From an uncultured Oligoflexia bacterium (GTDB taxonomy: Bacteria > Bdellovibrionota > UBA1018 > UBA6935), in NCBI GenBank assembly GCA_964013565.1, contig CAXGWU010000036.1:1-29227 (forward strand): a DNA stretch of 29,227 nucleotides. Direction: 5' to 3'. The number at the start of each line of letters is the position of its first letter. The stretch's first letter is position 1. The notes under the pieces are model-generated. The model worked only from the letters and a program-made list of their open reading frames with translations, ran no database searches and was not told where the DNA came from. Made by a program: the position numbers and the translations under genes. Shown one piece after another: positions 25,386 to 29,227 of the stretch.

Positions 25386-27179
25386 ATGAATGAGCAAGGA
25401 TCGCTCGTTAATAAAAAAAATATAAAATGTTTAGTCGTACAATTGGGGCCATTATCAGACACAATACAGTCGCTCATGGCACTTCGAGCGGCCAAACAAC
25501 TCTATCCCAATGTAGACTTTTCAATGGTAGTCCGGAGTCAACACTCCGCTGCAGCAAGAAGAGTAGATTGGTTAGAGAATGTATTTACTCTACCTACAGA
25601 AGCTATTATCAATCAAATTGTCGATTCAGAAAAAACAATTAAAGAAGGGATGGCAGATTTAGGACTTTGGTTATCCCCTGTTGTTGGAAATGGATGGGAC
25701 TTTTTAGTTAATTGGACGTATTCACAAGCGAGTAGTTATTTGTCAAGTTTAATTCCTGCACAAATTAAATTAGGATATGTTCGGGAGAACAAACAGTCTC
25801 TTCTCTGTTCAGATGGTTGGAGTTGTTATATTCATGCAGCAGTTCAATCTGATATAAAACAAAATATACATTTAACAGATATTTTAACAACTCAGTTACT
25901 CACAACTTTCCAGATTCATCTGGGAGAGCCGGAAGATAACGGAGAAAAGGCTGTTACCTCTAAATCTTTTTTTGTTTTAGATTCTGGTGCTGTGGATTCT
26001 GCATGGGATTATCTTTATTCTTCAAAAAAATGGATATGTATTCACATCAGAAATGAAGAAAAACATAAGAATTGGTCAAGTCTAGAATGGAGTGAATTTG
26101 CTTCTTTTTTATTAAGACGTCATCCAGAATACAACATCGTTATTACTGGAGACGAAAAAGAGAAAAATTTTTCAAATGAATGTTATCAAAATTTAATCAG
26201 AGATCTTCCTGAATGTGAGAATAGAGTTTTATCTCTCGTAGGAGAAACTGATTTTGATTTATGGACGTCTATTGTTGGAAAATGTGCATGGTTAGTGTCT
26301 TCCGATATTACAGCTGTTCAGCTGGCAAGTGTATTAGGAACGAGAATTCTTCATCTTGCTCCTGGAGATGTTAAATATTATGAGATTGGTCCTTACGGGA
26401 ATAGTCACTATGTGGTTACATCAAACGAAAAGATTCGGGTAGAAGCAGCATATGCTGTCTGGTCTTACGCAAGTAGCGAGTGGGCTCATCATGGAAACAA
26501 AACAATCTACGAACACTTTCAACAACTAGGATATTCTGGACTTATTTCAAAAACCGATGTTTTAAGAACTAAAATTAGATCCACTCAAAATGGAGGCGGT
26601 GTTTTTTATGAGCGACTGATAAAAGAACATTACGAACTTTCAGATTTAGTTGCTAACGTTATTGGACAAATTGCTCGTGGTTGGTATTGTGGTTGGATCG
26701 CTCCCACAGGACAAGAAATTAATAGAGAGTTTATTACACCTGAACTGATTAAAGAAATTCGATTGATGCTTGAGTCTTCTCTGGTTTTGTACCGGGTTAC
26801 TTTAGAAGCAGTTAATGTAGCCACTGAACTGGTAGATGTTTCAGGAAGATTGAAGTCAGATAAAATCATGAGCCTGAATGAGCGAGATAAAATTCAATCG
26901 ATTGGAAAGAAGCTCATTGAACTCGATGCACTCATTGATCGTCTCGCTAAAGCCCAACCGATGCTGGCAATTTTCGCAAAAATGAGTCAAGTGCTTATTC
27001 ATAATTTAGAAAGTGAAAAATTATCTTCTGCAGCAAGAGACACCGCAGAAGTTTATCGTCAAATGAATGAAGGTGTTGCTGTTTTAAGAGAATGGCTTGA
27101 ACATACGATAGAAATTTCAAAACCCGTAATTGTTCAAAAGCGCCCTCTTCAATTAATCGAAGGACAACGTAAACTTTAA
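25386..27179 (+). CDS. Glycosyltransferase family 9 (heptosyltransferase)-like protein with extended C-terminal helical region
   Basis: 597 aa; N-terminal CLVVQLGPLSDTIQSLMALRAAKQLYPNVDFSMVVR, middle HIRNEEKHKNWSSLEWSEFASFLLRRHPEYNIVITGDEKEK…FDLWTSIVGKCAWLVSSDITAVQLASVLGTRILHLAPG fit GT9. Confidence 0.7.
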   Translation: MNEQGSLVNKKNIKCLVVQLGPLSDTIQSLMALRAAKQLYPNVDFSMVVRSQHSAAARRVDWLENVFTLPTEAIINQIVDSEKTIKEGMADLGLWLSPVVGNGWDFLVNWTYSQASSYLSSLIPAQIKLGYVRENKQSLLCSDGWSCYIHAAVQSDIKQNIHLTDILTTQLLTTFQIHLGEPEDNGEKAVTSKSFFVLDSGAVDSAWDYLYSSKKWICIHIRNEEKHKNWSSLEWSEFASFLLRRHPEYNIVITGDEKEKNFSNECYQNLIRDLPECENRVLSLVGETDFDLWTSIVGKCAWLVSSDITAVQLASVLGTRILHLAPGDVKYYEIGPYGNSHYVVTSNEKIRVEAAYAVWSYASSEWAHHGNKTIYEHFQQLGYSGLISKTDVLRTKIRSTQNGGGVFYERLIKEHYELSDLVANVIGQIARGWYCGWIAPTGQEINREFITPELIKEIRLMLESSLVLYRVTLEAVNVATELVDVSGRLKSDKIMSLNERDKIQSIGKKLIELDALIDRLAKAQPMLAIFAKMSQVLIHNLESEKLSSAARDTAEVYRQMNEGVAVLREWLEHTIEISKPVIVQKRPLQLIEGQRKL

Positions 27180-27189
27180 GGAGTCGATC

Positions 27190-27789
27190 TTGATTTATCA
27201 AATTTCACTAAATGGTGAGAAAAAAGAAATCCAACTGGGCGATAAATTACAAATTTTATCTCAGTTAGTTGAATGTATTGAAAGTAATTTAAATAAAGAA
27301 ACTCAAGTGATATCGGAACTTAAACTTGGTGGAATTTCTTATGATTGGAGTACGCATGGTTCTGATATTGAAATCAATTCAAATCAGCTTTCTGAAATAG
27401 AAGTTTGGACAAAGAATCCTAAAGAAATTGCAATTGAATCATTAGAGTATTTGAAAAAATATTGCTCAATTTTAATTCAGTTTTGTGATGACCTTAAACC
27501 TTTAGTTTTTGAACCTCAATTTGAACGATTTTATGTTCAACTGATCGATGGTCTAATGACTTTTTCAGAAACTTTAAGTGTTTCAAAAAAGATTTTATTA
27601 AAAGAATCAATTCAAAATTTAGATCTTTTAGAAAATGATTTAAAATCGATTATAAAAGATATGCATGATTCAAAAAGGGATTCAGAGTTAGAGTATTTTA
27701 AATTACTTTTAAGTAAGTATTTGCCTCAGAATTTACTTTCATGGCAGAATACGGGTATCAATCAAATTATTCGTCTACACGAAGTTTAA
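27190..27789 (+). CDS. Hypothetical protein, 199 aa
   Basis: TTG start with AAGGAGT RBS; helical C-terminal part; 10 nt after the GT9-like gene. Confidence 0.6.
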   Translation: MIYQISLNGEKKEIQLGDKLQILSQLVECIESNLNKETQVISELKLGGISYDWSTHGSDIEINSNQLSEIEVWTKNPKEIAIESLEYLKKYCSILIQFCDDLKPLVFEPQFERFYVQLIDGLMTFSETLSVSKKILLKESIQNLDLLENDLKSIIKDMHDSKRDSELEYFKLLLSKYLPQNLLSWQNTGINQIIRLHEV

Positions 27790-27982
27790 ATAAGTCCTGA
27801 AAGTTTTATAAAAAAACTCCCAGAACTTAACTTATAAATAATTAATCACCAGATACTCTCTGGTGGAGTTGAGTTATTTTGAAACCATCGTTTGTATTTA
27901 ATTCGACAACCGTAAATTTTTGTTTGATTTCGTGCTACTGGTAATTAATGATTCGAAATAAATGAGTGACGACTGTTTCATC

Positions 27983-29224
27983 TTATTTTTTATTTTCTAG
28001 TTTAACTTTAATATGTTTTTCTAATCCGTTTTCAGTTGGAGTGTAGAATTTTTTATTTTCAATTTCTTTAGGAAGTAAAGGATGTGTCACTTTTTGATCG
28101 TGTGCATATTGATATCCGACTCCATATCCTTCTTTTTTCATAAGTGAGGTAGGAGCATTTTTTAAGTACATGGGTGGAGGTAGCGCTCCGCTTTTTCTTA
28201 CCTCACTTATTGCCTTATCAATGGCAAGGTAAGATGCATTGCTTTTAGGAGCACATGAGAGGTAAATTACCGCCTGAGAGAGCGGGATTCGAGCTTCTGG
28301 CATGCCTATGAGAGAAACGGCTTGTTGGGCAGCTATCGCAACTTGAAGGGCTTGAGGGTCTGCATTTCCGATGTCTTCAGATGCCAAAATAACAAGGCGT
28401 CTAGAAATGAAGACAGGGTCTTCCCCTCCCTCTAGCATTCGGGCTAAATAATAAACGCCTGCATCGGGACTTGAGCTTCGAATACTTTTTATAAAAGCTG
28501 ATGTGATATCATAGTGGGCCTCTCCTTTTTTGTCATATGAAAGAACTGGAGAGTGTTGGATTTTTTCACAAATGTTATCGTAGTCATCAAGATTTATTTT
28601 TTCAGAGGTGGATTGTTTATTTTGAATGATAGTTTCAATTTGTTCTAAATGCCCAAGCACAAACCGAGCGTCGCCTTGAGAGTTTTGAGAAATCAATTCA
28701 ATGACTTCTTTAGTTAATGAATAGGAAATTTTTTTTGAATTTTTTAAAGCTCGTTCGATGATTTTTTTTATTGCTTCTTTTGATAAAGCTTCGAGACGAA
28801 TTACATTTGATCTTGAAAGAAGTGCCTGATTGATCTCGAAAGAAGGATTTTCTGTAGTTGCTCCAATAAGAGTAAGTGTTCCATTTTCTACATGTGGAAG
28901 AAGGGCATCTTGCTGAGTTTTATTAAAACGGTGAATCTCATCAATAAAGAGAATGGTGGATTGGTTGTGGAGACTTTTGATCATTTTTGCTTTTTCAACA
29001 GCTTCTTTAATTTCTTTAATACCACCCATGACTGCACTGATATTTACAAAGTGATGAGCAGTTTTTTTTGCAATGATTTGCGCAAGTGAAGTTTTTCCGC
29101 ATCCTGGAGGTCCCCATAAAATTAATGAAGGGATGGAGTCCTTTTTAATCCATTCTAGCAAGGGAGAACCTTCTGAGAGGTGTTTTTCATGACCATAAAA
29201 ATTCTCTAGGACCATTGGTCTCAT
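27983..29224 (-). CDS. rarA: Replication-associated recombination protein A (RarA/MgsA), AAA+ ATPase, probably 5'-truncated
   Basis: LILWGPPGCGKTSLAQIIA, FIDEIHRFNKTQQDALLPHVE, GATTENPSFEIN. The family usually has residues before MRP (PLAERMRP), so the true start may lie beyond the window. Confidence 0.93.
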   Translation of the reverse strand: MRPMVLENFYGHEKHLSEGSPLLEWIKKDSIPSLILWGPPGCGKTSLAQIIAKKTAHHFVNISAVMGGIKEIKEAVEKAKMIKSLHNQSTILFIDEIHRFNKTQQDALLPHVENGTLTLIGATTENPSFEINQALLSRSNVIRLEALSKEAIKKIIERALKNSKKISYSLTKEVIELISQNSQGDARFVLGHLEQIETIIQNKQSTSEKINLDDYDNICEKIQHSPVLSYDKKGEAHYDITSAFIKSIRSSSPDAGVYYLARMLEGGEDPVFISRRLVILASEDIGNADPQALQVAIAAQQAVSLIGMPEARIPLSQAVIYLSCAPKSNASYLAIDKAISEVRKSGALPPPMYLKNAPTSLMKKEGYGVGYQYAHDQKVTHPLLPKEIENKKFYTPTENGLEKHIKVKLENKK

Positions 29225-29227
29225 TTG

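Noticed and set aside
25194-25397. 67-aa minus-strand ORF
   Set aside because: Opposite to the well-supported 58-aa plus-strand ORF with an AAGGAGG ribosome-binding site.
1-29227. CRISPR arrays, toxin-antitoxin pairs, restriction or phage-defence systems, tRNA/rRNA
   Set aside because: No regularly spaced direct repeats, recognisable defence domains, or tRNA/rRNA-like sequence were seen by eye. A covariance or HMM scan was not possible here.

Overview
The window reads as an ordinary-looking chromosomal segment of a low-GC, Gram-negative, flagellated bacterium. The flagellin N-termini (MG[ML]RVNTN), LpxH-like protein, TrmFO and gene mix suggest Bdellovibrionota or a deltaproteobacterial relative, but this is inference and no marker gene was compared. 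Left part: APC permease, DMT transporter, trmFO, xerC, DedA protein, secreted M14-type peptidase, ArnT/PMT-like glycosyltransferase. Middle (minus strand): a tightly packed, unusual operon encoding an outer-membrane-barrel candidate, a TPR lipoprotein, a 773-aa membrane protein with a degenerate FliG-like cytoplasmic part, a cyclic-nucleotide-binding protein, a MotA-like and a MotB-like stator pair, then a zinc-ribbon/TM/SH3 protein. Right part: MeaB-like GTPase, two tandem 277-aa flagellins with sigma-28-like promoters and about 275-nt leaders, a FlaG-like protein, LpxH-like phosphoesterase, fliD, fliS, a coiled-coil protein, a TPR protein, a small ORF missing from the track, a GT9-like glycosyltransferase and rarA on the minus strand (probably truncated at the window edge). 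Best candidates for something new: (1) the MotA/MotB + membrane-tethered FliG-like + cNMP-binding + envelope-protein operon, which looks like a non-canonical ion-driven motor; (2) four perfect DnaA boxes, three spaced exactly 11 bp apart, between trmFO and xerC; (3) the long flagellin leaders, one of which may begin with a near-perfect 12-bp hairpin at the predicted transcript start. No CRISPR array, tRNA, rRNA or transposon was recognised.
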